Origin: Nanobdellota archaeon
GTDB lineage: Archaea > Nanobdellota > Nanobdellia > Woesearchaeales > GW2011-AR9
Length of the DNA stretch: 36,492 nucleotides
Direction: 5' to 3'
Assembly: GCA_030695605.1 (NCBI GenBank)
Contig: JAUYQE010000029.1
Span: forward strand, 1-36,492
Part shown: piece after piece, positions 1-8,638 of the stretch
Position numbering within the stretch: position 1 is the first letter of the stretch
Layout of the letters: each line of letters opens with the position of its first letter
Program-made: the position numbers and the translations under genes
Notes under the pieces: generated by a model
Told to the model about the DNA's origin: nothing
Database searches by the model: none
What the model saw: the letters and a program-made list of their open reading frames with translations, nothing else

Positions 1-1980
1 CTTGATGAGCTTGAGCTGCGGATAGCCGCATTTGTCACACACTTCTTCCGCGCGGCGGATCATGCCCAGCTGCGGCACTTTGAACGTCGTCTTGCAGTCC
101 GGATACCGCTCGCAGGCAATGAACTTGCCGAATTTGCCGAATTTAACGAAGAGGCGCCCTTCTTTGCAGCTGGGGCAGGAGCCGATATAATTCTGCTCTT
201 CCTGCGTGCTGCGGATAGATTCCAACAGCTCTTTGCCGATGAGTGTTTCTTTTTTCTTGAATGCCGCCAAGAGTTCTGTCAAGACTTTCTTGGCTTTTTC
301 GAGAACCGCAGCAGGCTTCTCTTTCCCTTCCCGGATGTGCTCCATGGATTCTTCGAAATCGGCCGTGAGTTTCTCGTCCAGAATTTCCGGCGCATATTTA
401 TGGAGGACTTTCACCGTTTCCATGCCTAATTGAGTTACCGTAATCTGCACGCCTTCGATATAGCCGCGCTCAAATAGCCGGTCCAGAATGTCTGCTCTTG
501 TGGCTTTCGTTCCCAGATTCCTCTTTTCCAGCTCTTTGATGATGGATGACTGGTTGTAGCGGTTTGGGGGCGTGGTCTCTTTGTCGAGCTTCTCTATTTT
601 CTTGATAGCCACTTCCTGTTTCTCTTTGAGATCCGGAAAGGTTATTTCTTCAACTTTCACATAGGGCTTGTAGAAAGCATGCCACTGCTCTTCCAGTGTG
701 CGGCTGCCTTTAGCAATAAATTCTTCCTGCTTTACGTCAAATGTAACCGTCATCGTTTCCCGGACAGCCGGCTGGGCAAACGTCGCCATGAACCGCTTGA
801 CGATGAGATCATAAATTCTCTTCTCCTGCGGCTTGAGGGTCTTGGGAACAACTCCCGTCGGAAAAATGGCTGGATGGGCCGGATCCGTTTTCTTCCCATT
901 ATTGGGTTGGAGCTGTTTTAAAGAGAGTAATTCTTTGCAGAGCTTTTCATAGTCCGGCTGCCGGCTGAGATCCGTCAGGATTTTCTTGAACCCGAGTTTG
1001 GGATCCAGCTGCTGGGAAGACGTTCTTGGATACGATGTGCAGCCGGCCAGATACAAGCTTTGTGCAATCGCCAGCGTCTGCTTGGGCGTGAAGTGAAAGA
1101 GATTATAAGATTCCGTTTGCAGGGTAGTGAGGTCAAAGGGATACGGCGGTGCCTGCAATCGTTTGGCCCGCTCTACTTTCTTGACGGCACACTTTTTCTC
1201 GTCTTTTATCTTGGTCAGAATTTTTTTGACCACGTCTTCTTTCAGGAATTTGCCTTCGTGATGCTGCGCTTCGATAGGCTGTTTTTCGTGCTGCGTATGC
1301 AGCCACAATTCCCAGTAGGGGGTGGGCACAAAAGCATGAATCTCTGCTTCCCGATCGGCCAGAAGCTTTAACGCGGGGCCTTGCACTCGGCCGGAGGACA
1401 TGACTTTAAACGAGCCGGCTGCTTTTACGGCGGTGGTTAAAGCCCGGGAGAGATTGATGCCATAGAACCAGTCTAATTCATGCCGCGTCTCACCGGCATG
1501 CGCCTGCCCCCAATCAAGATGATGCAGTTTCTGTTCATATGCTTCGATAAGGTCAGGCTTCGTTAACGTTGAGAATTTCATGCGATTAGCATCTTTCTGC
1601 CGGCAGATGAAGCGGATAATGTTCCAGCCGATGACCTCTCCCTCGACGTCGTAATCACAGGCGATGGTAAACTCGTCTGCTTTTTTGGCGACGGCAGCAA
1701 TGGTATCCACATAATCTTTCGTATATCCCGCTGCTTCTCCGCTTTCATAGGAGGGATGCCATTCGATCTCAAAAACCGGATAGGTCCAGCCATGCTTCTT
1801 CTTTTCCACCAAGCCAAAAAGGTGGCCGACTGCTGGCGTGACGTAAATCTTCTTCTTTCCGCGGGTGAACTCGTAATAGAAGCTCTTCTTGCTTTTCTTC
1901 TTCTCCAGCTTGCCTTCCGCTAAGGCTTCCGCCACTTTTTGGGCTGAGCTGGGCTTCTCCGTAATGATTAATTCAGGCAT
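1..1980 (-). CDS. topA: DNA topoisomerase I (type IA), C-terminus cut by the window edge
   Basis: Absent from the ORF track because it runs off the window. My reverse translation from the ATG at 1978-1980 gives 660 uninterrupted codons. It starts MPELIITEKPSSAQKVAEAL and contains AVGHLFGL and ACDYDVEGE (Toprim acidic cluster). It also contains GCTSYPRTSS (type IA active-site Tyr motif) and the zinc ribbons CPSCKEG...CERYPDC and CDKCGYP. Confidence 0.9.
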   Translation of the reverse strand, partial: MPELIITEKPSSAQKVAEALAEGKLEKKKSKKSFYYEFTRGKKKIYVTPAVGHLFGLVEKKKHGWTYPVFEIEWHPSYESGEAAGYTKDYVDTIAAVAKKADEFTIACDYDVEGEVIGWNIIRFICRQKDANRMKFSTLTKPDLIEAYEQKLHHLDWGQAHAGETRHELDWFYGINLSRALTTAVKAAGSFKVMSSGRVQGPALKLLADREAEIHAFVPTPYWELWLHTQHEKQPIEAQHHEGKFLKEDVVKKILTKIKDEKKCAVKKVERAKRLQAPPYPFDLTTLQTESYNLFHFTPKQTLAIAQSLYLAGCTSYPRTSSQQLDPKLGFKKILTDLSRQPDYEKLCKELLSLKQLQPNNGKKTDPAHPAIFPTGVVPKTLKPQEKRIYDLIVKRFMATFAQPAVRETMTVTFDVKQEEFIAKGSRTLEEQWHAFYKPYVKVEEITFPDLKEKQEVAIKKIEKLDKETTPPNRYNQSSIIKELEKRNLGTKATRADILDRLFERGYIEGVQITVTQLGMETVKVLHKYAPEILDEKLTADFEESMEHIREGKEKPAAVLEKAKKVLTELLAAFKKKETLIGKELLESIRSTQEEQNYIGSCPSCKEGRLFVKFGKFGKFIACERYPDCKTTFKVPQLGMIRRAEEVCDKCGYPQLKLIK

Positions 1981-2079
1981 TTTGTACCGAATCGGGCAGA
2001 ATATTTAAAAAGGTTTGGCATGGGGAAGTGGTGAAAGACGAAGGGATGTAGGGGCGGCGTAGATAACATAGGCGCAAAG

Positions 2080-3192
2080 ATGGAAAGTTCACGGTCGTGT
2101 TCATTTCATAAAACTGGAGCAAAAAATGAAATTGCTCTTGAAGAACTTGTTCATGCGAAAAACACGGTATTGACGGCTCATCAGTACAAGAAGTACCGAA
2201 CTGACTTGAACGAATCTGAAATTCTTAACTTTCATGAAGCACAGGTTCCTGCTGCCGTTCTGGGCGAATACGATAAAAAATTTTCTCCGTCGAGCATCAT
2301 AGCTCTCTATCGAAGCGAAATCTCCCCGCGAGAAGCAAACCGTTTTTTAGCAGAGTCATCTCTCAATGAATATTTTATTACCCTCTACCTGCTGAGAGGG
2401 ATTTCAAGTCATCGCTATAAGTTTTTAGTTCGTTCGGTGGGCGGTTCTCCTCGATCGCCAGAACAGCATGCCCGTCTTATGAGAAAAGCTATTGGTGCTC
2501 ACTTTACGAAATCGCAAAAAAGCCATCTTCAAAAAACATACAATCTTTCTTGCCTAGAACGTTATTCAATTCCCCTCTTAGAGGAACTCTTACTCAATCG
2601 TGATCCCGCTCACAATGAAGAAAGACCAGCAGCTTTAGTGATTCTCCCCAAAAGTGATTGGAATGGTACTTTTTTGGAAGATGTGGATATTTATCAAGCA
2701 ATAAGCAAAAAGTATAAGTTATTTGCGTATGAAGCGCGAGTTCGCAGCGAAGTATTCGGGAGTATCCGCACATTTGGCTTGTACCACGGGAAAACTCCAG
2801 AAGGAGATCCTCAAAAGCCTTTGGAACTGCTTATCCTAGCGGGGCATGGCAGCGCTTTCGCCCTTAATTTAGGCGATGAAGAGCGTTTAAATGCAACGGA
2901 AGAGAATTTTCCTTACGCTTTGCAGAGCCGCTATCTCAGCCTCCTCGATGAGGAACGCTTTCGTCGTGTTGCTCCGTTTGTTACGGGAACAGTTTTGCTT
3001 TTTTCCTGTTCAGCGGGTGAGGGAGGGGAAAAAGCAAGAAACCTTGCAACGTCTATTTTTACAGCATTTTCCTGTAAACGGCTTATTGCTCCTGAAGAAG
3101 AGAAGATCAACGTTTTGGCAATAGATTTAGATCCTTTTCCTTTTCCCCTCTACTCTTGCGGAAAAAACAGAACTCTCATCTTAGAACGGTAA
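2080..3192 (+). CDS. Hypothetical protein with a helical N-terminal half and a C-terminal half carrying a caspase/CHAT-like (clan CD) His...Cys signature
   Basis: 370-aa ORF divergent from topA. A hydrophobic strand ends in LLILAGHGS (His codon 2845-2847). About 50 aa later a second strand ends in VLLFSCSAGEGGE (Cys codon 3007-3009). The functional call is motif-level only. Confidence 0.5.
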   Translation: MESSRSCSFHKTGAKNEIALEELVHAKNTVLTAHQYKKYRTDLNESEILNFHEAQVPAAVLGEYDKKFSPSSIIALYRSEISPREANRFLAESSLNEYFITLYLLRGISSHRYKFLVRSVGGSPRSPEQHARLMRKAIGAHFTKSQKSHLQKTYNLSCLERYSIPLLEELLLNRDPAHNEERPAALVILPKSDWNGTFLEDVDIYQAISKKYKLFAYEARVRSEVFGSIRTFGLYHGKTPEGDPQKPLELLILAGHGSAFALNLGDEERLNATEENFPYALQSRYLSLLDEERFRRVAPFVTGTVLLFSCSAGEGGEKARNLATSIFTAFSCKRLIAPEEEKINVLAIDLDPFPFPLYSCGKNRTLILER

Positions 3193-3195
3193 TTC

Positions 3196-3888
3196 CTACA
3201 GCCGTATCCACTTCCTTCTTCTACGGAACAGCTGCGGGTTCTTCTGCACAAATTTCCGCAGGAGATGCCGGAAAAGGAAAGAGCGCGGCTCGTTCTTGAG
3301 GGAGAAGTAGCCGATGACGGCAATGACCGCTGCTCCAAGTACATCCACAATAAGATCCCACATGGTATCGACCAACCCGGATTTCTGCATCTGCAGCCCA
3401 AAAAAGCCATCCATGGAAAACTCAAATATCTCCCACGCCACGCCGAGCGCCAGTGAAAAAGCGAAAGAGAAGAGGGCGATAAATCCGGGCGTCATGAAGA
3501 GATTGATCCGCCGCTCTTTATTCAGCACATACACCAGAATGAAGCCGAGCATCCCCAGCAAGGCTGCTGAAGTTGTATGCAGCACAATGTCCCACCACCA
3601 GAATTTGGTGTAGTACGCATGGATCTCGCCCAAAAAGAGGGAGGCAAAGAGCAGGACGACCGTAAGGACTTCAAACTCCACCGGCAGGAAGACGTGATAG
3701 CTGCGCCGCAAGAGCGCCGGAAGCACTGTTAACAGCAGGATGCCCAGCGAAAGAAAAGAAGACAGCCATTCCTGGCGGAGCAGGAAAAAGATGCCCATGA
3801 ACGTCAGAACCAGCTGCAGGAAATAGGAAACCAGTAGCTGCACGCGGTCGGCGGTCGCCAAGTCTTTATCTTGGATTAAGAGAGGCAT
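3196..3888 (-). CDS. Integral membrane protein (about 6 predicted TM helices), function unknown
   Basis: 230-aa ORF with repeated long hydrophobic segments (LLVSYFLQLVLTFMGIFFLL, LGILLLTVLPALL, VLTVVLLFASLFL, LGMLGFILVYVL, IALFSFAFSLALGVAW, VLGAAVIAVIGYF). It has a basic C-terminal tail. Confidence 0.7.
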   Translation of the reverse strand: MPLLIQDKDLATADRVQLLVSYFLQLVLTFMGIFFLLRQEWLSSFLSLGILLLTVLPALLRRSYHVFLPVEFEVLTVVLLFASLFLGEIHAYYTKFWWWDIVLHTTSAALLGMLGFILVYVLNKERRINLFMTPGFIALFSFAFSLALGVAWEIFEFSMDGFFGLQMQKSGLVDTMWDLIVDVLGAAVIAVIGYFSLKNEPRSFLFRHLLRKFVQKNPQLFRRRRKWIRL

Positions 3889-4022
3889 ACCGTGGAGGAG
3901 GGAAGGAAGGTTAATAAACGTTTGGAGATGGCAAAGAGGTGAAGAACGGAAAAGAACAACTTCTTAAAAGCGAGGCGAACCTTTAAAAAGCCCCCATCGT
4001 TGTTCTTATAAAACAGTAAACA

Positions 4023-5207
4023 ATGACATCTATCACCCTCATCCCCGAACTGGAAAAAGCCTTCAAAGACCTGGGCTTTTCTGCGTTCACAGAAATCCAG
4101 GAGAAAACCATCCCGCTCGTCCAGCAAGGCCAGGATGTTATCGGCCAGTCCTATACTGGCTCGGGAAAAACAATTGCTTTTGGCTTTCCGACGCTCGAAA
4201 AAGTAAAGCGCGGGAATGGCTTGCAGTTGCTGATCATCGTTCCGACGCGGGAGCTGTGCCTGCAAGTGACGAATGAGTTCTACAAATTCTCCAAGTACAA
4301 GCCCGTGAACATTGTTGACGTGTATGGGGGCGTTTCCATCAATCCCCAGATTGACCGGCTACGGCGTGCGGATGTCGTTGTCAGCACGCCCGGACGATTA
4401 CTGGACCATCTGACCCGGGGAACATTAAACCCGTCAAAAATAAAAATGCTGGTTTTAGACGAAGCGGATAAGATGTTTGAGATGGGATTTATTGATGATG
4501 TGAAAGAGATCATCTCCCAGCTTCCCCGCGAACGGCAGACCTTGCTGTTTTCCGCAACGATTTCGCAGGATGTGCTCACCTTGGTGCATCGCTATATGCA
4601 CAATCCCGTAAAAATCAAGCTGCAGCTTTACGTTGATAAGAGCCAGCTGCAGCAGCAGTATTATGAAGTGGAGGGCCGTGATAAGTTTTCGCTGCTGGCG
4701 CATCTGTTAAAGCAAGAAACGGCAGGCTTATGCATCATTTTCTGTGCAACGCGGAGAATGGTCGACGTCCTGGGCCGCAATCTGGGAAAGCAACGGCTGA
4801 AAGCGCAGGCGCTGCATGGCGGCTTGTCGCAAAACCGCCGACAGCAGGTTATCGAAGATTTCCATGCGCACAAGCTGGATGTGCTCATTGCCAGCGACGT
4901 CGCTGCCCGCGGGTTGGACATCAAAGACGTCAATCTCATAGTCAATTATGATATCCCCAAAAACTCGAAAGATTACGTGCATCGTATCGGCCGGACGGCC
5001 CGTGCGGGAAGTTCCGGAAAAGTTATCTCGCTGCTTTCTCCCATGGACCATGATAACTTCCGGCGCGTGCTGGAAGACCGCTCTTTAGACATTCGGCTGG
5101 TGCCGCTGCCGACTTTTGAGCGGATTGTCTTGCAGAGATCCGAACCGCAGAGGCGGGAACCGCAGCAGCGGGGAAGGTTTCAGGGCGGGAGAGGAAGAAG
5201 GTGGTAA
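4023..5207 (+). CDS. DEAD-box ATP-dependent RNA helicase with an Arg/Gly-rich C-terminal tail
   Basis: Q motif FTEIQ, motif I SYTGSGKT, Ia PTRELCLQV, II VLDEADKM, III SAT, VI HRIGRTARAG. The tail reads QQRGRFQGGRGRRW. Confidence 0.95.
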   Translation: MTSITLIPELEKAFKDLGFSAFTEIQEKTIPLVQQGQDVIGQSYTGSGKTIAFGFPTLEKVKRGNGLQLLIIVPTRELCLQVTNEFYKFSKYKPVNIVDVYGGVSINPQIDRLRRADVVVSTPGRLLDHLTRGTLNPSKIKMLVLDEADKMFEMGFIDDVKEIISQLPRERQTLLFSATISQDVLTLVHRYMHNPVKIKLQLYVDKSQLQQQYYEVEGRDKFSLLAHLLKQETAGLCIIFCATRRMVDVLGRNLGKQRLKAQALHGGLSQNRRQQVIEDFHAHKLDVLIASDVAARGLDIKDVNLIVNYDIPKNSKDYVHRIGRTARAGSSGKVISLLSPMDHDNFRRVLEDRSLDIRLVPLPTFERIVLQRSEPQRREPQQRGRFQGGRGRRW

Positions 5208-5297
5208 GATCTGCTTGGCTATAGCGGGCCAGTTTTTTGTCGCAAAAACGGATTGTTTTTCTTGCACTCTCTAAAAAAGTAGTTTAGGGGTGGGGTG

Positions 5298-5555
5298 CTA
5301 GCCTAAATTCTTGTAGATATTTTTTCTATGGCCAATAACTGTTATTTTTATTGTATTGTTCCCCGGATCAATGTCCGCAATGGCACGGTAATCACCTATT
5401 CTCAATTTGTAGTCGATTCTCCCTATTAATCTTTCAAAGAAGTGGAACGGGTTTTCTGTTGTAGAAATAATTTTATCGTAAAGCCGTTCTTTTACCTCTT
5501 TCGGAAGCTTGTTCAGGAATTCAATGGATTCTTCATCAAAAATGAGTTCATACAC
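5298..5555 (-). CDS. Type II toxin, RelE/ParE family
   Basis: 85 aa. Contains YKLRIGDYRAIADIDPGNNTIKITVIGHRKNIY, which is typical of RelE/ParE. GTG start preceded by a GGGAGGT Shine-Dalgarno-like element. Sits 36 nt downstream of a small partner ORF. Confidence 0.85.
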   Translation of the reverse strand: MYELIFDEESIEFLNKLPKEVKERLYDKIISTTENPFHFFERLIGRIDYKLRIGDYRAIADIDPGNNTIKITVIGHRKNIYKNLG

Positions 5556-5591
5556 GAAAAAACCTCCCGGATTAAAATATTTTTAAAGACA

Positions 5592-5837
5592 TTATAACCC
5601 CAGCCTCTTTCGGGCTTCTGCTTCGGTAAGAAACTTTCCTTTTTTTATTCTTTCTCGTGCTTTTTCAATAGCTTGGATTGTTTCCTGGCTGAGTTCTGGT
5701 TCAGTTTTGCAGGTTTTAGCTATGAATATCACCTTCTTAATCACTTCGTCATAACTTTCATTTTTATATTCTCGGAATTGATCCAGTTCCAGCTTTGTAC
5801 CTTCATGAATTTTTAGGGTTGTAGTGTCCATAGCCAT
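5592..5837 (-). CDS. Putative cognate antitoxin of the RelE/ParE toxin
   Basis: Small ORF immediately upstream of the toxin on the same strand. The sequence is MAMDTTTLKIHEGTKLELDQF...IEKARERIKKGKFLTEAEARKRLGL. The track ORF extends to 5909, and I prefer the internal ATG at 5835-5837. Assignment is by position and size, not by a recognised fold. Confidence 0.6.
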   Translation of the reverse strand: MAMDTTTLKIHEGTKLELDQFREYKNESYDEVIKKVIFIAKTCKTEPELSQETIQAIEKARERIKKGKFLTEAEARKRLGL

Positions 5838-5985
5838 CAAGTTTACTTTGGTATACTCAGGTATATTTAAACTTTTTGCTACTTTTTTGCTATTCCCCAC
5901 AAAGATCAATTTTAAGTTCAGAATCCGAGCTATTTTAAAAAAAGATACAAAAACTTTATAGATATAACAAAATTAAAAATTTAAA

Positions 5986-6219
5986 ATGCTAGAACCAACA
6001 GAAAGAAAGTATGACATAAGACTTCAAGATTTTACTCCTTTTATCGGCCATATGATTTATCAAGCGAGAAATTGGGAAGAATCAAGAAAAGAGGGAAAAA
6101 AGCCCGGACCATTTGGAAAATATATTGCAACTTTACTGGGGTTAGGAGTATTAGATGTCACAACAGGAATTGGAAGTGTATATGTAGTTCTACAAGGATT
6201 AGAAGCATTGCTTCAGTAA
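5986..6219 (+). CDS. Small hypothetical protein with a hydrophobic C-terminal segment
   Basis: 77-aa ORF in the AT-rich island. A TATA-like CTTTATAGATA lies about 30 nt upstream. The C-terminus YIATLLGLGVLDVTTGIGSVYVVL is hydrophobic. No homology recognised. Confidence 0.35.
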   Translation: MLEPTERKYDIRLQDFTPFIGHMIYQARNWEESRKEGKKPGPFGKYIATLLGLGVLDVTTGIGSVYVVLQGLEALLQ

Positions 6220-6391
6220 AATCTTTTAAGTTTTATCTTTTAGCCTGAATTCTGGGTTAGACCTAACTCCTATTAGCGAAGTTGCAGATATTTTTAACCA
6301 AAAAAAGGCTGAAAACTTTAGATTTCACCCCCCCATTAAAATCCAGCACAACCTATAAATAACCAAACCCCTTTCCTTCCATCGAGCGGTG

Positions 6392-7636
6392 ATGGAAAAC
6401 CTTCTTCTCCTACGGAATCTGCTGATTGCCCTAGCCTTAGGAGCATTTATCGGCTTGGAGCGGGAATATGCCCGCTATAAGAAACGGGGCCATGATTATG
6501 CCGGCATCCGGACCTTTCCGTTAATAGCCCTCTTTGGTGCCTTAGCTGCGTATTTCGGTGATATCCTTTCTCCCTGGATATTTTTTATCAGCATCCTGCT
6601 GCTGGGCGTTCTCATTCTGTTAGCCTATGTCTTCTCCAACCAAGGAAAACTGCCCCGCATTGGCGCCACGTCCGAAGTTGCGGGATTTCTTGCTTTTTTC
6701 ATCGGTGCCTTAAGTTATTACGGAGAAATCCTGCTGGCCATCATCTTGACGGTAGCGATCACCATCATCCTGTATGCGCGGAGCGTGCTGCACCAGTTGG
6801 CCGAGCACATTCAGCCCAAGGAGATGGCAGGTGTGATAAAATTTCTGGTTATCACCTTTATCATCCTGCCCCTGCTGCCCAATAAATGGTACGGTCCATA
6901 CGATATTATCAATCCCTATCTGATCTGGCTGATGGTGGTGCTCATCTCCGGCATCGGCTTTGCTGGATATATTGCTTTAAAATGGTTTGGAGAAAAAGCG
7001 TTAAGCCTCACGGGCTTACTGGGCGGCGTAGTCAGCAGTACTGCGGTCACGATGCAGTTTGCCCGGCGGAGTAAAAAAGAAGCCGCATTATCACGGGCTT
7101 TGGCCACGGGCGTCATTCTGGCTAATGGTGTGATGTTCTTACGCGTGCTTTTGGTAACTGCGGTGGTGAATCTCGCTTTGTTCTGGTCTTTATTCCTGCC
7201 CATCGCCGGCCTGATCTTCCTCACGGCCCTCTTTGCGTATTTCCTGCTGCAGAAAGTGAAAAAAAACAATGGGAAGATGCAGCTCCGCTCGCCCCTGACG
7301 CTAAAGCCCGCCATCCAGTTTGCTCTTCTCTTTGCCGTTATTCTTACTTTTGTTAAACTCGCGAGCGTGTTCTTTGCGGCAAAAGGCATTTATGTGCTCA
7401 GCTTCCTCGCCGGCTCGGTTGAATTGGATGCGATTGTTCTCTCTTTATCTCAGCTGGCCAAAAACGGCATCCTGCAGGAAACGGCGCAGAAAGGCGTCCT
7501 GTTGGCAGTTGTCGGCCAGCTGCTGGTGAAAAGCAGCCTGGCGTATTGGCTGGGCGGGAAAGCTTTTCGGAAGCTGGTCGTCAGCAGTTTTGCGCTAATG
7601 GTTGCTCTGGGTATTTTATTTATCATCTTCATCTAA
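6392..7636 (+). CDS. MgtC/SapB-family membrane protein with a DUF4010-like C-terminal half
   Basis: The N-terminal ALALGAFIGLEREY matches the MgtC signature. Many TM helices run through the 414 aa. The ATG at 6392 follows the GTG used by the track. Confidence 0.8.
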   Translation: MENLLLLRNLLIALALGAFIGLEREYARYKKRGHDYAGIRTFPLIALFGALAAYFGDILSPWIFFISILLLGVLILLAYVFSNQGKLPRIGATSEVAGFLAFFIGALSYYGEILLAIILTVAITIILYARSVLHQLAEHIQPKEMAGVIKFLVITFIILPLLPNKWYGPYDIINPYLIWLMVVLISGIGFAGYIALKWFGEKALSLTGLLGGVVSSTAVTMQFARRSKKEAALSRALATGVILANGVMFLRVLLVTAVVNLALFWSLFLPIAGLIFLTALFAYFLLQKVKKNNGKMQLRSPLTLKPAIQFALLFAVILTFVKLASVFFAAKGIYVLSFLAGSVELDAIVLSLSQLAKNGILQETAQKGVLLAVVGQLLVKSSLAYWLGGKAFRKLVVSSFALMVALGILFIIFI

Positions 7637-7664
7637 TTATTATCAGCCTCTCCGAGGTCAGGCC

Positions 7665-8267
7665 ATGGAAACAGCATCGTTAAAAGAACATTTTTTCAGC
7701 GTCATCGAAGAAGCCATTAGCCGGAGGAACTTAGAAGTCTCAGCCCATAGCCGAGCATATCTTGTCGATCTGCTGGCGTCTTTTGCCCGCCCGGAGCAGC
7801 TCTTCAGAAAATTCCGCTATGGATTTATCGAAGGCGAAGGCCTGGAACCGTTAGGACTGAAATATTTTACCGCGCTCCAGGACTCTTCCAAACGGGTGCA
7901 AAATCTTCAGCTGAAAGATCTGGGCGACCAATGCCTGTTCCTGACGGGCTATTTTTATGATTATTTACGGCAACAAGGCGTAGCATATGTCGAATACCAT
8001 TATACGCTCGGCTCGACTGCTTACGCTTCTCTAGGGAGCCGGCTGCAGCGGGAACCCGTAGTCCGCGAACTCTTCAGCGAATTGGCGGAGCGCTTTAAGG
8101 ACTTCTGCATTGTTATCGGTGATATGCATCTGCCTTCTTTGGACAATGAAAAAAAACTGCTGGAGGTGTACGAACGCTGGCGGCAAACTTTCGATGAGCG
8201 GTATGCGTCGTTATTGCTAGCGAAAGGATGTATTCTGGTGCAGAAGGAAGAGAAGACGGTGCACTAA
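7665..8267 (+). CDS. Hypothetical protein (helical, soluble)
   Basis: The internal ATG at 7665 follows a GAGGT element and avoids overlap with the MgtC gene. 200 aa, no recognised motifs. Confidence 0.6.
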   Translation: METASLKEHFFSVIEEAISRRNLEVSAHSRAYLVDLLASFARPEQLFRKFRYGFIEGEGLEPLGLKYFTALQDSSKRVQNLQLKDLGDQCLFLTGYFYDYLRQQGVAYVEYHYTLGSTAYASLGSRLQREPVVRELFSELAERFKDFCIVIGDMHLPSLDNEKKLLEVYERWRQTFDERYASLLLAKGCILVQKEEKTVH

Positions 8268-8319
8268 ACTGCTGGAATTTTTCTTGCGCATCTGAGCTTG
8301 GAATACTCTTCTTTCTGTT

Positions 8320-8616
8320 TTAAAAGAACTCAATCTTCACCGGCTGGTCTTTCTTCTCTTCTTTTCCTTTCGTCAAGCTGAGAAAACTGCCAAAGTCCGG
8401 CGCTTTATCGTCTTTCTGTGCAGTGAGGGAAGAACCGTCTCCAAACATGCCCATTAAATTCGTAGTATCGACTGGCAAAGAAGAGCTCTTCTCCTCTTTC
8501 TTCTCCAGAATGCCAGCCAGAAGGTGCAGCACTTTTCGGATATCCTCGTGCGTATCTTCTTTGGTATCGATGGTGACTTTCACGACCTTCCCTCTTTTTC
8601 TTGTTTTCTTGAGCAA
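8320..8616 (-). CDS. Small charged hypothetical protein, second gene of the JAB-like operon
   Basis: ORF 22 nt downstream of the 8639-9349 gene on the same strand. There is no ATG start. Candidates are TTG at 8616 or GTG at 8581-8583, the latter preceded by AGAGGGAAGG. Lys/Glu-rich. Confidence 0.4.
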   Translation of the reverse strand: MLKKTRKRGKVVKVTIDTKEDTHEDIRKVLHLLAGILEKKEEKSSSLPVDTTNLMGMFGDGSSLTAQKDDKAPDFGSFLSLTKGKEEKKDQPVKIEFF

Positions 8617-8638
8617 AATTTCTTATATGGAGAAAGCA

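Noticed and set aside
5228-5250. GTTTTT-TGTCGC-AAAAAC hairpin after the helicase gene as a terminator
   Set aside because: The stem is mostly A-T, only 6 bp long, and not followed by a T tract. It is not distinguishable from background.
6916-7389. 157-aa minus-strand ORF inside the MgtC gene, and similar ORFs inside the PurM-like gene (20754-21320) and the helicase (4280-5051)
   Set aside because: They are antisense to genes with clear family signatures. Their Arg/Lys/Ser-rich composition is typical of shadow ORFs.
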